A DNA stretch of 64,000 nt from a virus (IMGVR_UViG_3300032092_003271:1-64000); one strand, 5' to 3'. Counted from the stretch's first letter, positions 9,745 to 20,061 are shown. The notes: a model not told the origin generated them from the letters alone. Translations and numbers: made by a program.

Positions 9745-11523
9745 ATGGGATTAACTAAAGAACAAGTTTTAATTGAATATGCTAAGTGTATGAGTGATAC
9801 TCCATACGCTCTAAGAACATATTTACAAACCTACGATAATACTGTGTCAAAATATGTTCCTTTGGAACTATTTCCTGATCAAGTATCTTTGTTAGATGAC
9901 TACGAAAAATTTGAAGAAAACATTGCATTAAAGTATCGTCAAGCGGGAGTTTCAACTGTAACCGCGGCTTGGATATCAAAACGACTGGTATTTGCTAAAA
10001 AAACTCAACCTGAAAAAATTCTAATAATTGCCAACAAACTTGACACATCGATGGAGATGGCAAATAAGATTAGAGCTTTTGTTGATCAATGGCCTAATTG
10101 GGTGGGTGCCGGATTCTCAAACGATAAAAATTCACAAAGACATTATAAATTAAATAATGGATCTGAGGTTAAGGCGGTGGCAACATCAAAAGATGCACTT
10201 CGTGGATTTACACCTACCATCCTTGTATTTGATGAGGCCGCGTTTATCGAAGCTGATAGTGATTTTTGGGCTGCTTGTATGGCATCCTTATCCACAGGGG
10301 GTAAGGTAATTGTGGTTTCCACACCTAACGGATATGACCCAATTTATTATGAAATATATGACCAATCATTGAAAGGGATGAATAATTTCAAGATCTCTGA
10401 AATGTATTGGTATCGAGATCCAAGATATGCTAAGGACCTTTATTTGGTACCAACCGATGATATTGTTCATTATCTTTTAAATCGTGAAGAATTTGACGAC
10501 TCAAAAAATATTTCTTGGGCACATACCGATCCGTTTAATAGGGATTATGATGAAATGAAATATTTTTTTAATCAAGGGTACAAACCATGTTCTACTTGGT
10601 ATGAGAAAATGGTTAAAAAACTTAAATACGATAAACGTAAGATTAATCAAGAGTTAAATTGTGAGTTCTTAGGTTCGGGGGATAACGTATTTGATAATAA
10701 ACAACTTGAGGATATAAAAAATAATTCTTTATTAGATGCCCCATCAAAACTTATGGGTAATTCCCTTTGGATGTGGAAAGAACCAATTGAAGGTCACAAG
10801 TACATTATGGGTGTCGATGTTTCTCGAGGTGATAGTGAAGACTTCTCGTCAATTCAAATTATTGATTTTGATGAAAGAGAACAAGTATTAGAATATGTTG
10901 GAAAAATTCCACCTGACACATTAGCAGAAGTTGCGTATAAGTGGGGTATGATGTATAATGCGTTTGTTGTTGTCGATATCACTGGTGGTATGGGTATAAC
11001 AACAGTTAGAAAAATGCAAGAGTTGGGTTATAAAAGTTTATATATTGATGGGGTTGATTCTATGAATATATGGGCAGTAAATAAAAGTTCGGTAGATAAA
11101 ATACCAGGTATTAACTTCAATAATAAAAGAGTACAGATCATAGCCGCTTTTGAGGAATCAGTTAGACACAAGTTTAAAATTAGAAGTGTTCGTTTGTACA
11201 ATGAAATGAACACGTTTGTATACATAAACGGTAGACCTGATCACCAAAAAGGACAACACGATGACCTTATTATGGGTATATCAATGGCTTTATATGTTGG
11301 AGAGTCATCATTTTCAAAATTAGAGAGAGCAACTGAACACACAAAAAATATGATTGAGTCTTGGGCCGTCGTAAATAATGATGCGGTTGCCAAAGAGGCA
11401 CATTTTGATCCCGTAATACCCAATCAGAATGTACTTAGAGATAGAGCGGGATTACATAATAATGGTCCATCAAGAGACGACTATCAAACATATGGTTGGT
11501 TATTTGGTGGTTTAATGAAATAA
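9745..11523 (+). CDS. terL: terminase large subunit (T4 gp17-like)
   Basis: LKYRQAGVST Walker A, LVFDEAAF Walker B, STPNG motif III, nuclease GVDVSRG..EDFS and HDDLIM. Confidence 0.95.
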   Translation: MGLTKEQVLIEYAKCMSDTPYALRTYLQTYDNTVSKYVPLELFPDQVSLLDDYEKFEENIALKYRQAGVSTVTAAWISKRLVFAKKTQPEKILIIANKLDTSMEMANKIRAFVDQWPNWVGAGFSNDKNSQRHYKLNNGSEVKAVATSKDALRGFTPTILVFDEAAFIEADSDFWAACMASLSTGGKVIVVSTPNGYDPIYYEIYDQSLKGMNNFKISEMYWYRDPRYAKDLYLVPTDDIVHYLLNREEFDDSKNISWAHTDPFNRDYDEMKYFFNQGYKPCSTWYEKMVKKLKYDKRKINQELNCEFLGSGDNVFDNKQLEDIKNNSLLDAPSKLMGNSLWMWKEPIEGHKYIMGVDVSRGDSEDFSSIQIIDFDEREQVLEYVGKIPPDTLAEVAYKWGMMYNAFVVVDITGGMGITTVRKMQELGYKSLYIDGVDSMNIWAVNKSSVDKIPGINFNNKRVQIIAAFEESVRHKFKIRSVRLYNEMNTFVYINGRPDHQKGQHDDLIMGISMALYVGESSFSKLERATEHTKNMIESWAVVNNDAVAKEAHFDPVIPNQNVLRDRAGLHNNGPSRDDYQTYGWLFGGLMK

Positions 11524-11527
11524 AATT

Positions 11528-11710
11528 ATGGGATTAGATTTTAGAGCAAGAACAGGTAGAATAGCAAATGGATCAAGATTGGTTGTTTCAGGTGAAGTGA
11601 CAACAGGACAAAAAGTATTTCCTGTAACTTTTAAAAAAACAAACCCTTATGATCTAACGCCCACACAAAAAGAAGCGTTACAATCTTTGAGCGGATCGAC
11701 GACTAACTAA
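11528..11710 (+). CDS. small hypothetical protein
   Basis: 60-aa ORF filling the terminase-portal gap. Confidence 0.65.
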   Translation: MGLDFRARTGRIANGSRLVVSGEVTTGQKVFPVTFKKTNPYDLTPTQKEALQSLSGSTTN

Positions 11711-11747
11711 CTATTGAAATATTTATATCTATAGTTAAACTTTTAAT

Positions 11748-13553
11748 ATGGAAAATAACAATAAAAATCTAACGGTTTGGCAAAGGTTAGCAACGACTTT
11801 TGGTCCTGATTCTACATTAGGTCAAGGTCAACCTGATTACAAGTTAGATAAAAAAGAAATTTTAAAAACTCAAGATAAAGCTGAATATGAAAAAGCAAAA
11901 CTTCAAAATCAGCAATCTCTTTATTTAAGTGGTAATTGGGCTAAAGTAGAAAATAATTTATATACCCAAGCCGTATATTACGAACCAACAAGATTAGCCG
12001 CATTCTATGACTATGAATCGATGGAATATACTCCTGAGATATCAACAGCTTTAGATATTTATGCTGAGGAATCAACAACACCCGATCAAAACGGTTATGT
12101 TTTACAAGTTTATTCAGAATCTAAAAGAATAAAAAGTATATTGGTTGATTTATTCGTCAATACTTTAGATATAAACACTAACTTACCTATGTGGATTAGA
12201 AACATGTGTAAGTATGGTGATAATTTTGTTTATTTAAAATTGGACCCTGAAAAAGGAGTTACAGGATGTTTACAACTACCTAATATTGAAATTGAAAGAT
12301 TAGAAAGAGGTGTTGACTCAAGAACATACCAAGCAACAATGAATTTAAACAGAAAGGCTTTAAAGTTCGCATGGAAATCAAGAGACACAGAATTTAATAC
12401 TTGGGAGGTCGCTCACTTTAGATTATTGGGTGACGATAGAAAACTTCCTTATGGTACATCGATGTTAGAAAAAGCTCGTCGTATTTGGAAACAATTAGTA
12501 TTGTCAGAAGATGCGATGTTAATCTATAGGACATCAAGAGCACCTGAAAGAAGAGTATTTAAAGTTTACGTTGGTAACATGGATGACAAAGATGTGGAAC
12601 CATACGTACAAAGAGTTGCAAACAAATTTAAAAGGGATCAAGTTGTTGATAGAAAAACAGGAAATGTGGATTTACGATTTAACCAAATGGCGGTAGATCA
12701 AGATTACTTTATTCCTGTACGTGATCCGGCACAAGCGAGTCCGATTGAGACTTTGCCGGGAGCACAAAACTTATCTGAAATTGCTGACATCGAGTACATC
12801 CAAAAGAAATTAGTTACAGCGCTTCGTATTCCTAAGGCTTATTTAGGATTTGAGGAACCTGTAGGTGATGGTAAAAACTTATCATTATTAGATATTCGTT
12901 TTGCAAGAACAATCAATAGAATTCAAAAATCTGCAATTGCAGAAATGAACAAAATTGCAATCATCCACTTATTCCTTATGGGATTTGAGGATGAGTTGTC
13001 AAATTTTACTTTACAACTTACAAACCCATCAAAACAAGCTGACTTGTTAATGATTGATGTGTGGAAAGAAAAGGTAACACTATACAAAGATATGGTTACT
13101 GAAGTCCCAAAATCAATCCAAGCTGTTTCGGCTACTTGGGCGAAAAAACACATTTTTGGTTTCTCAGACGAAGAAATTAAACTTGAGTTACAACAAATTA
13201 GAATGGAAAGAGCAGTTTCTACTGAACTTGATAATACCGCAACAATCATCACAAAAACAGGTATTTTTGATACTGTAGATAGACTTTATAAACCTGTAAC
13301 AGGTGGAACAATGACACCTACAGCACCTGCAGCACCAGGGGCTGAGGCGGCACCAGGGGCAGAAGCACCTGCAGAAGCGGCACCTGCAGAGGCAGCACCA
13401 ACAGTTCCTGAAAGTATTAGAAAAGAAAAAAATAAACTAATATTAGAATCTAAAGATGATGATTTCGATGAAGATGAGTTTTTAGATTTTAAAAAAATGA
13501 ACGGATCTTTAAATCTTATTGAAGATGAATTAAATAAACTTCTTGGTGACTAA
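11748..13553 (+). CDS. gp20: portal protein (T4 gp20-like)
   Basis: PEISTALDIYAEE, LEKARRIWKQLVLSEDAMLIYRTSRAPERRVF, DYFIP, IETLPG, DIEYIQKKL; TATTTAT at 11720-11726. Confidence 0.95.
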   Translation: MENNNKNLTVWQRLATTFGPDSTLGQGQPDYKLDKKEILKTQDKAEYEKAKLQNQQSLYLSGNWAKVENNLYTQAVYYEPTRLAAFYDYESMEYTPEISTALDIYAEESTTPDQNGYVLQVYSESKRIKSILVDLFVNTLDINTNLPMWIRNMCKYGDNFVYLKLDPEKGVTGCLQLPNIEIERLERGVDSRTYQATMNLNRKALKFAWKSRDTEFNTWEVAHFRLLGDDRKLPYGTSMLEKARRIWKQLVLSEDAMLIYRTSRAPERRVFKVYVGNMDDKDVEPYVQRVANKFKRDQVVDRKTGNVDLRFNQMAVDQDYFIPVRDPAQASPIETLPGAQNLSEIADIEYIQKKLVTALRIPKAYLGFEEPVGDGKNLSLLDIRFARTINRIQKSAIAEMNKIAIIHLFLMGFEDELSNFTLQLTNPSKQADLLMIDVWKEKVTLYKDMVTEVPKSIQAVSATWAKKHIFGFSDEEIKLELQQIRMERAVSTELDNTATIITKTGIFDTVDRLYKPVTGGTMTPTAPAAPGAEAAPGAEAPAEAAPAEAAPTVPESIRKEKNKLILESKDDDFDEDEFLDFKKMNGSLNLIEDELNKLLGD

Positions 13554-13564
13554 TATTTATTAAC

Positions 13565-14023
13565 ATGAGTAAATTTAAAAATCTTACTGAAAAAAATATG
13601 AGGTTTCTTCTTAAAAGGATGCGTGAAGATATCTATAACTTTGGTTCAACAAGAGATTTAATTTCAGGGTCTAATCAAAAAATACTTAAAGACATTTTAG
13701 ATGACATTGGGATGATACCTAATAATGAAGACTTATCATTTATTTTCGCATTATATAGAATAAACCCAAACAGTGATACTGAACCAATAAAAATTCCAAA
13801 ATTACACACTTACGAAATTTACACGAAAAGATATGCTTCTATTAGTGTAAGAGAATTATGGAAAAATACTGTTGAAAGTTATTTTGAAGACGAAGACGAC
13901 GTTCAAGATTTTGATAGTTGGTTTGGTGGTGCCGATTGGTGGGAAGGTGAGATGGTTGACCGAGATGAATATGATGAAGAAACAACAGAAACTGAATATG
14001 ACGAAATAAACAAATTAAGTTGA
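13565..14023 (+). CDS. hypothetical protein
   Basis: 152 aa; TATTTAT at 13554-13560, 4 nt before the ATG. Confidence 0.75.
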   Translation: MSKFKNLTEKNMRFLLKRMREDIYNFGSTRDLISGSNQKILKDILDDIGMIPNNEDLSFIFALYRINPNSDTEPIKIPKLHTYEIYTKRYASISVRELWKNTVESYFEDEDDVQDFDSWFGGADWWEGEMVDRDEYDEETTETEYDEINKLS

Positions 14024-14044
14024 TATTTATTAGAAAAAACAAAA

Positions 14045-14755
14045 ATGTTCGGAGAATTAAAATCAAAAATAGAAACGCATTTAACTGAATCCTATAAAAA
14101 AGGTACTCTAAAGGATAACTTATTCGTATTTGAAGAGTTAGTTTTAAAAAACAAAAATATATCAAAGATATTTTTCTTGTACGACGAATTATCAAGTAAT
14201 AAAGGTCTTCAGGAAAGTATTGCAAATGAATTCATAAATGAATCAATAACTGCATACGAAAACTTATTTAATAAAGTTTCTCCTTTCAGTGTAAAAGAAC
14301 TTAAAATGTGGGTTGGTCATGTTCAGTGTGAAAATACATACAAAGAAATTGACAATTTATTCTCAACAAATGTTTTAACTTTAGAAAACAAAATTAAAAG
14401 TAAAAAAGTTATTTTAGAAAATTTAAAAACTAAAGAACAAGAAAAGAAAGAGATAATTAATGTACCTTTAAAATCTATGGTGAATGTTGCAAACAAAACT
14501 GTTGAGAAATACATTCAGTCACTTTCTGAATCTGAAAGAAAAGAATTAAAAAAATTGTTATCTACCCCAAAAGAAACTTTGATTGAAAATTATAATAAAT
14601 TAAAGTCAGATGTTTTTGAAAAATTAAACTCGCAAAAAGATAATTCAGACGAAGAAACGTCAAAGACTATAGATCAAGTTTTAAACAAATTGCAAAACGA
14701 ATCGTTTAACGAATTGAATTACTATAAGTTAGGAAAACTAAACGAGGGACTTTAA
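14045..14755 (+). CDS. hypothetical helical protein of the head module
   Basis: 236 aa between portal and protease; TATTTAT at 14024-14030. Confidence 0.8.
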   Translation: MFGELKSKIETHLTESYKKGTLKDNLFVFEELVLKNKNISKIFFLYDELSSNKGLQESIANEFINESITAYENLFNKVSPFSVKELKMWVGHVQCENTYKEIDNLFSTNVLTLENKIKSKKVILENLKTKEQEKKEIINVPLKSMVNVANKTVEKYIQSLSESERKELKKLLSTPKETLIENYNKLKSDVFEKLNSQKDNSDEETSKTIDQVLNKLQNESFNELNYYKLGKLNEGL

Positions 14756-14923
14756 TTTTTGAATATAGGAAGCCTTAATGATTTGGGCTCTTTTCTTAAC
14801 TGAAGGTTTTACAAACTCTTTCCTCTCAAACAAAGCTGAGTTTTGTTTGGTTCTAATAACTTTTCCTTTAAGGTCTTTTAGGGCCTTCTCAATGTTTCCT
14901 TTTTTTACTTCTACTAATAACAT
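14738..14923 (-). CDS. rpsU: 30S ribosomal protein bS21 (phage-encoded)
   Basis: MLLVEVKKGNIEKALK...RKEFVKPSVKKRAQIIKASYIQ matches the Bacteroidota bS21 pattern (F.KPSV.KR.QI.KA.YIQ). Confidence 0.9.
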   Translation of the reverse strand: MLLVEVKKGNIEKALKDLKGKVIRTKQNSALFERKEFVKPSVKKRAQIIKASYIQKLKSLV

Positions 14924-14942
14924 AAAATTTTTGATTGTTGAT

Positions 14943-14955
14943 ATAAATATAAATA
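14943..14955 (-). promoter_or_regulatory. two overlapping TATTTAT elements upstream of bS21
   Basis: The + strand reads ATAAATATAAATA, i.e. TATTTATATTTAT on -, 19 nt before the bS21 ATG. Confidence 0.6.
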
Positions 14956-15003
14956 TTCGTTAGATTTAATCAAAAATAAACATTGAGAACATGAAAAAAT
15001 TCT

Positions 15004-15471
15004 ATGAAAAAAGGAAAAACCACAAAATTAAGTGGATATCGAACATTCAAAGCCCAATATGGGACTATTGATTCACAAAACTTAAAATCAATTTACATCA
15101 ACATCCAAACATGGGTAGAACCTAAAGAAGAAGTGGAAAACTGGAACAGAGTCGTTCTAAATATGACAAGATCAGTTAAACACTGTGTGTTAGAAAATAT
15201 AAACAAAGATACATTTGACACAAAATTTATTGTAGATTTAGACCTCAGAACAAGCGGACTACAATTAAAAAAGAAATCCTTTATGAATTTAGAAATAAAT
15301 TTATTTTTATTAGAACAAATGGATTTCAAATCACCAAAATTAAAAAAATCAGTTAAAAATTTAATCAAAGAAGTTTACAGTGATGTTTTTAGTAAAAACA
15401 GATACTTCAAATGTTTTCTTACAAAAAACGGAAATCAAAAACTTGTTAAGAAAGAAACTGAAACTGTTTAG
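15004..15471 (+). CDS. hypothetical protein
   Basis: 155-aa basic ORF divergent from bS21. Confidence 0.8.
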   Translation: MKKGKTTKLSGYRTFKAQYGTIDSQNLKSIYINIQTWVEPKEEVENWNRVVLNMTRSVKHCVLENINKDTFDTKFIVDLDLRTSGLQLKKKSFMNLEINLFLLEQMDFKSPKLKKSVKNLIKEVYSDVFSKNRYFKCFLTKNGNQKLVKKETETV

Positions 15472-15492
15472 TATTTATAAATAAAATATTAA

Positions 15493-16221
15493 ATGAGCGA
15501 TTTAAAAATATTAGGACCAAGAGATTCAGGAAAAGGGATTCTTGTTGAGTATGACGCAGGATATATAGACCCAAATGAAAGAAGAAACTTATCTATGATT
15601 AGAGAGAACAGAGATATGTTAGACCATTCAAAACCATTTGAGTTTTATGCTGTATTACAAAAATACAATACCCCAAATAGAAACGGGAGAGTTTACCCTG
15701 AAAAGATTCTCAAAAGAGAGGCTGACAATTATAAAAAGATGATTCAAAAAGGAACCGCCCTTTCTGAGTTAAATCACCCTGAATCATCTCTAATAGATTT
15801 AGATCGAGTATCCCACGCCATTACCGATATATGGTGGGAAGGTCCTGTGTTATTAGGTAAATTGAAATTACTTACAAGTCCAGGTTTTCACGAAAGAGGT
15901 ATTGTATCAACAAAAGGGGATTTAGCCGCTAACTATCTTCGTCAAGGTGTAACATTAGGTATATCTTCTCGTGGTGTTGGGTCTCTTAAAAAAGTTGGTG
16001 AACAAAACGAAGTACAGGATGATTTTGAATTAATTTGTTTTGACTTAGTATCATCTCCATCCACGCCAGGAGCATATCTTTTCAGAGATAAAGACGAAAG
16101 AATGAATTACGAAGAGAATTTAGATGAGGAGAAAAAAATGCAAGCCGAAAGACATATTGGTGAAACAGGATCAAAATCACTTGACTTAATGAATAGATTG
16201 TCCGATTATTTGAATAAATAA
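15493..16221 (+). CDS. gp21: prohead core protein protease (T4 gp21-like)
   Basis: NRNGRVYP, ELNHP, GISSRGVGS, FDLVSSPSTPGA; TATTTAT at 15472-15478. Confidence 0.95.
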   Translation: MSDLKILGPRDSGKGILVEYDAGYIDPNERRNLSMIRENRDMLDHSKPFEFYAVLQKYNTPNRNGRVYPEKILKREADNYKKMIQKGTALSELNHPESSLIDLDRVSHAITDIWWEGPVLLGKLKLLTSPGFHERGIVSTKGDLAANYLRQGVTLGISSRGVGSLKKVGEQNEVQDDFELICFDLVSSPSTPGAYLFRDKDERMNYEENLDEEKKMQAERHIGETGSKSLDLMNRLSDYLNK

Positions 16222-16227
16222 TTAATT

Positions 16228-16440
16228 ATGGACGAAAAATATTTTGTAGCAAAAATCACCACTGATATGGTTGATGAGAACACAGGTAAGATTAAAAAGC
16301 TGAGAGAAGAAAAATTGGTTCGTGGGTACTCACCTACCGATGTTGAGGCTAAAGTTACCAAGGTTTACGAAAATTATTCTATGGATTGGAGAATCACCGC
16401 AATCGTTGAATCAAAAATTGATGAGGTTATAGAAGGTTAA
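16228..16440 (+). CDS. small protein resembling the Bacteroidota DUF4494 N-terminal domain
   Basis: YF.AKI.....DENTGK.KK..E..LV...S.TDVEAKV pattern (recalled similarity). Confidence 0.55.
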   Translation: MDEKYFVAKITTDMVDENTGKIKKLREEKLVRGYSPTDVEAKVTKVYENYSMDWRITAIVESKIDEVIEG

Positions 16441-16460
16441 TAGTAACAAGAATTTAAAGG

Positions 16461-16499
16461 AATGGGAGTTGACAAAAAAGTCTTCTCCCATTTTTTTTT
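16461..16499 (+). terminator. Rho-independent terminator
   Basis: AATGGGAG-TT-GAC-AAAAAA-GTC-TT-CTCCCATT stem with a T run. Confidence 0.8.
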
Positions 16500-16558
16500 G
16501 TCTGAAATACTCAAGAAATAAATTTTTTTTAAAATTCATGATATTTATTTGATAATAA

Positions 16559-18091
16559 ATGGAAAATACAAATATGGCAAATAACCAAAATGTAGTAGAG
16601 GACGCTCTTTACCAAATTAGAAATTTGGAAGAGACCTTACAAGAGAATGCAAAAGGAATACTTCAATCTACAATGAGTGAAGAAATCAAACAATTAGTAA
16701 AAGAATCTCTTAAAGAATCTAAAAAAGATGAGGAGATTGATGAGCAAGATGAACCCGTAACAGGTGGAGAAGCAGAAATGGACACAGAAACTGAAATGGA
16801 AGATGAAGAAATGGACGATGATATGGAGGTTGATGCCGAAATGGAAATGGACATGGAAGGAGACGAAATGGAAGACGAAATGGAAATGGACATGGAAGGA
16901 GACGAAATGGAAGACGAAGAAACTATCGATATGACAGGAGCTTCTGATGCTGAAGTCTTAAGAGTTTTTAAAGCTATGGGTGATAATGATGGAATCGTTG
17001 TGAAAAAAGAAGGTGAGAATACAGTTCATCTTACAGACGGTGATAACGAATACATGATCCAATTGGGTGAATCTGAAGAAGATATGAATGAAACAATTTA
17101 CGAAATAGAAATGGACGAATCCGACGACATGATGGAATACGACATGATGGAAATGGAAGACGACATGATGGAAGATGACATGATGGAATACGACATGATG
17201 GAAGATGACATGATGGAAGATGACATGATGGAATACGACATGATGGAAATGGAAGACGATATGATGGAAATGGAAGCAGAGTTTGACATGGACGGTATCA
17301 TGGAATCAATTAAAAAATCTGTTAAACCAAAAGGTGTTGGAATTGGAAAAGGTCCAAAATTTAGCTATGACAAAAAACCTAACATGGGCGGAGGTTTCAA
17401 TGAAAAAAGAAAAGAAGCTTTTGGAAAAGGAACTAAGGCTATGGGTACAGGTAAAGCTAAATTTGAATATAAAGAAGAAAAAGAGTGGGGTGGTAACAAA
17501 GGTGACTACAAGAGAAGTAAAGGTCACAAAGTAGGTGATAAAGATGGTCACTTTAAAGACTATGAAAAGAAAGAAACTAAAGAAGCTGTAAGAACTAATA
17601 GTTATCCTAGAGCTAACAAAGTTGGTAACAGAAAAGGTTCTGACCAAAATGTGAATAGAAAAGAAATTAGACAAAGACCTAATACAAGAGTTAATGAAGA
17701 AGTTCAATTATTGAAAAATAAAAATGATGAGTACAAAAAAGCCCTTGACGTTTTTAGAACTAAATTGAATGAAGTTGCTGTGTTTAACTCTAATTTGGCT
17801 TACGCTACTCGTTTGTTCACTGAACACTCAACTACTAAACAAGAAAAAGTTAACATCTTAAGAAGATTTGATGATGTTGAGTCTTTAAAAGAATCAAAAA
17901 ATCTGTACAGAGTTATTAAAAATGAGTTAAACTCAACTGGCTCTTCATCAGAACAAAAATTAACTGAGTCAATTGAAAGAACTGTAAATAGAACTGTTGA
18001 AACAGGATCTGCAGTGAATTTGATTGAATCAAAAACTTATGAAAATCCTCAATTCATGAGAATGAAGGATTTAATGGGAAAAATAAAATAA
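16559..18091 (+). CDS. prohead core/scaffolding protein (gp22-like position)
   Basis: Very acidic, coiled-coil C-terminus (KLNEVAVFNSNLAYATRLF), directly upstream of MCP; TATTTAT at 16542-16548. Confidence 0.75.
   Translation: MENTNMANNQNVVEDALYQIRNLEETLQENAKGILQSTMSEEIKQLVKESLKESKKDEEIDEQDEPVTGGEAEMDTETEMEDEEMDDDMEVDAEMEMDMEGDEMEDEMEMDMEGDEMEDEETIDMTGASDAEVLRVFKAMGDNDGIVVKKEGENTVHLTDGDNEYMIQLGESEEDMNETIYEIEMDESDDMMEYDMMEMEDDMMEDDMMEYDMMEDDMMEDDMMEYDMMEMEDDMMEMEAEFDMDGIMESIKKSVKPKGVGIGKGPKFSYDKKPNMGGGFNEKRKEAFGKGTKAMGTGKAKFEYKEEKEWGGNKGDYKRSKGHKVGDKDGHFKDYEKKETKEAVRTNSYPRANKVGNRKGSDQNVNRKEIRQRPNTRVNEEVQLLKNKNDEYKKALDVFRTKLNEVAVFNSNLAYATRLFTEHSTTKQEKVNILRRFDDVESLKESKNLYRVIKNELNSTGSSSEQKLTESIERTVNRTVETGSAVNLIESKTYENPQFMRMKDLMGKIK
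16838..17276 (+). repeat. coding repeats in scaffold: exact 39-bp duplication (16838-16915) and 15/21-bp DMME(Y/D/MED) array (~17123-17276)
   Basis: gaaatggaaatggacatggaaggagacgaaatggaagac x2; repeated gacatgatggaa. Confidence 0.9.
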
Positions 18092-18120
18092 ACATAAACT
18101 AAAAATAAAAAACCTAAAAA

Positions 18121-20061
18121 ATGGGAGCATTATTAGAATCAGGTCTTGTTGGTAACATCGGGTTGAAACACCTTAAAGTTATCAAAGAAGACACAATTAA
18201 CAAGTGGGACAAATTAGGCTTTTTGGATGGTCTAAAAGGTCACTTAAAAGAAAACGTTGCACAATTATACGAAAACCAAGCATCTTACTTAATTAACGAA
18301 GCAACTTCTGACGGTCAATCAAACGGAGCGTTCGAAACAGTTGTTTTCCCAATCGTAAGAAGAGTTTTCTCTAAATTGTTGGCTAACGACATCGTATCAG
18401 TACAAGCTATGAACTTACCTATCGGTAAATTGTTCTACTTCGTACCAAGAATCCAAGGATATGCGAACCAATCTTCTGAGTACGCTAACTTATATCCTAA
18501 CTCAACACCTTCTAACAGTACTGCTGGTGGTGACCACTACGCACCTATTGGATCTCCTGAAGCTGTTAACGCAGGATTGAATAATCCTAACCAAGGATAT
18601 CCTGATAACGACTACTACTACAAGAAAGATCTTTATGATTTATTCTATGAAGGTAACGAAGCGTCTTTAGATCCTCCAGGATTATTTGACTACTCTAAAG
18701 GTAAGTGGACTGCAGTTACTGCAACTACAACAATCCAAGCATGGGCAGGTTCTGAATTAGTTAATGCCGCTATCGGTTCAGGACAATTGATTCCAGCAGG
18801 TAACTACAGAAAAGTTATCGTTAAACTTTGTGGATTCAACAGTTCAGGAGCTGGTAAATTAATCGGTCCTGATGGTAACGAAATGGACACTGAATCATTC
18901 CTTTCTGACCTTAGAATTTACGCGGCTAACGGATTCTCTGCTAACACAACTTCACCTTGTAGTGTAACAACAACTACTTACAACGGAGCTACAGTTTACG
19001 CTCCTCTATTATTTAGAGTTGTAACTCAAATCTACGGTAAAGGTATCGTTAAATATGGTAGCAACGCAGGAACTGTGTTTAATAACACTGCAACTGTACC
19101 TAACACACCATTAAATGGTGGTAACGGTGGTAACTATAATGACATCTGTGATGCAGGTGGATGTATCTGGTTAGAAGTTGACCTTTCTTGTCCTGTATGT
19201 GCTGACTGTGATGCATCTTCTTTAGATGGTTACACAGGAACAACAATCGCATCAGGTGGATCTGCTACTTCATTCACAGCATGGTATAGAAGATACGCTA
19301 ATATGGAATTCGAAGATCAAATTGGTGAGGTTTCTTTTGACCTTGAGTCAGTAACTGTATCTGTTACAGAAAGAAAACTAAGAGCACAATGGTCTCCTGA
19401 ATTAGCTCAAGACGTTGCAGCATTCCATAACATCGACGCTGAGGCTGAGTTAACAGCATTGTTATCTGAGCAAGTAGCTGCTGAGATTGACCGTGAAATC
19501 TTACGTGACTTACGTAAAGGTGCAGCATGGCAATTACGTTGGGATTACAACGGATGGAGAAGAATCAACAACCAAGTATCTTACACTCAAAAAGACTGGA
19601 ACCAAACTTTGATTACAGCAATCAACCAATTGTCAGCACAAATCCACAAATCTACTTTGAGAGGTGGTGCTAACTGGATCGTTGTTTCATCTGAGGTTTC
19701 TGCTATCTTTGACGATTTAGAATACTTCCACGTATCTAACGCGGCTCCTGAGCAAGATCAGTACAACATGGGTATTGAAAGAGTTGGTACATTATCTGGT
19801 AGATACCAAGTTTACCGTGATCCTTACTTCCCACCAAACCAAGTTTTGATTGGACACAAAGGAACATCATTGTTAGACACAGGTTACATCTACGCTCCGT
19901 ATGTACCTCTACAATTGACACCTACAATGTACAACCCATTCAACTTTACACCTATCAAAGGTATTATGACACGTTACGCTAAGAAAATGGTTAACAACCG
20001 TTTCTACGGACGTATCACAGTTGATGGAGTTAGAACATTCGACTTGAGAGAATTGAGATAA
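18121..20061 (+). CDS. gp23: major capsid protein (T4 gp23-like)
   Basis: FPIVRRVF, VSVQAMNLPIGKLFY, RKLRAQWSPELAQD, EIDREIL, GYIYAPYVPL, GIMTRYA. Confidence 0.97.
   Translation: MGALLESGLVGNIGLKHLKVIKEDTINKWDKLGFLDGLKGHLKENVAQLYENQASYLINEATSDGQSNGAFETVVFPIVRRVFSKLLANDIVSVQAMNLPIGKLFYFVPRIQGYANQSSEYANLYPNSTPSNSTAGGDHYAPIGSPEAVNAGLNNPNQGYPDNDYYYKKDLYDLFYEGNEASLDPPGLFDYSKGKWTAVTATTTIQAWAGSELVNAAIGSGQLIPAGNYRKVIVKLCGFNSSGAGKLIGPDGNEMDTESFLSDLRIYAANGFSANTTSPCSVTTTTYNGATVYAPLLFRVVTQIYGKGIVKYGSNAGTVFNNTATVPNTPLNGGNGGNYNDICDAGGCIWLEVDLSCPVCADCDASSLDGYTGTTIASGGSATSFTAWYRRYANMEFEDQIGEVSFDLESVTVSVTERKLRAQWSPELAQDVAAFHNIDAEAELTALLSEQVAAEIDREILRDLRKGAAWQLRWDYNGWRRINNQVSYTQKDWNQTLITAINQLSAQIHKSTLRGGANWIVVSSEVSAIFDDLEYFHVSNAAPEQDQYNMGIERVGTLSGRYQVYRDPYFPPNQVLIGHKGTSLLDTGYIYAPYVPLQLTPTMYNPFNFTPIKGIMTRYAKKMVNNRFYGRITVDGVRTFDLRELR

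Noticed and set aside
17123-17276. CRISPR-like array
   Set aside because: Repeats are in-frame coding units without unique spacers; the same applies to 7328-7590 and the GSS blocks
9745-20061. Inteins or introns in terminase or MCP
   Set aside because: Reading frames are continuous; no C...HN splice motifs or homing-endonuclease signatures were seen in the insertions
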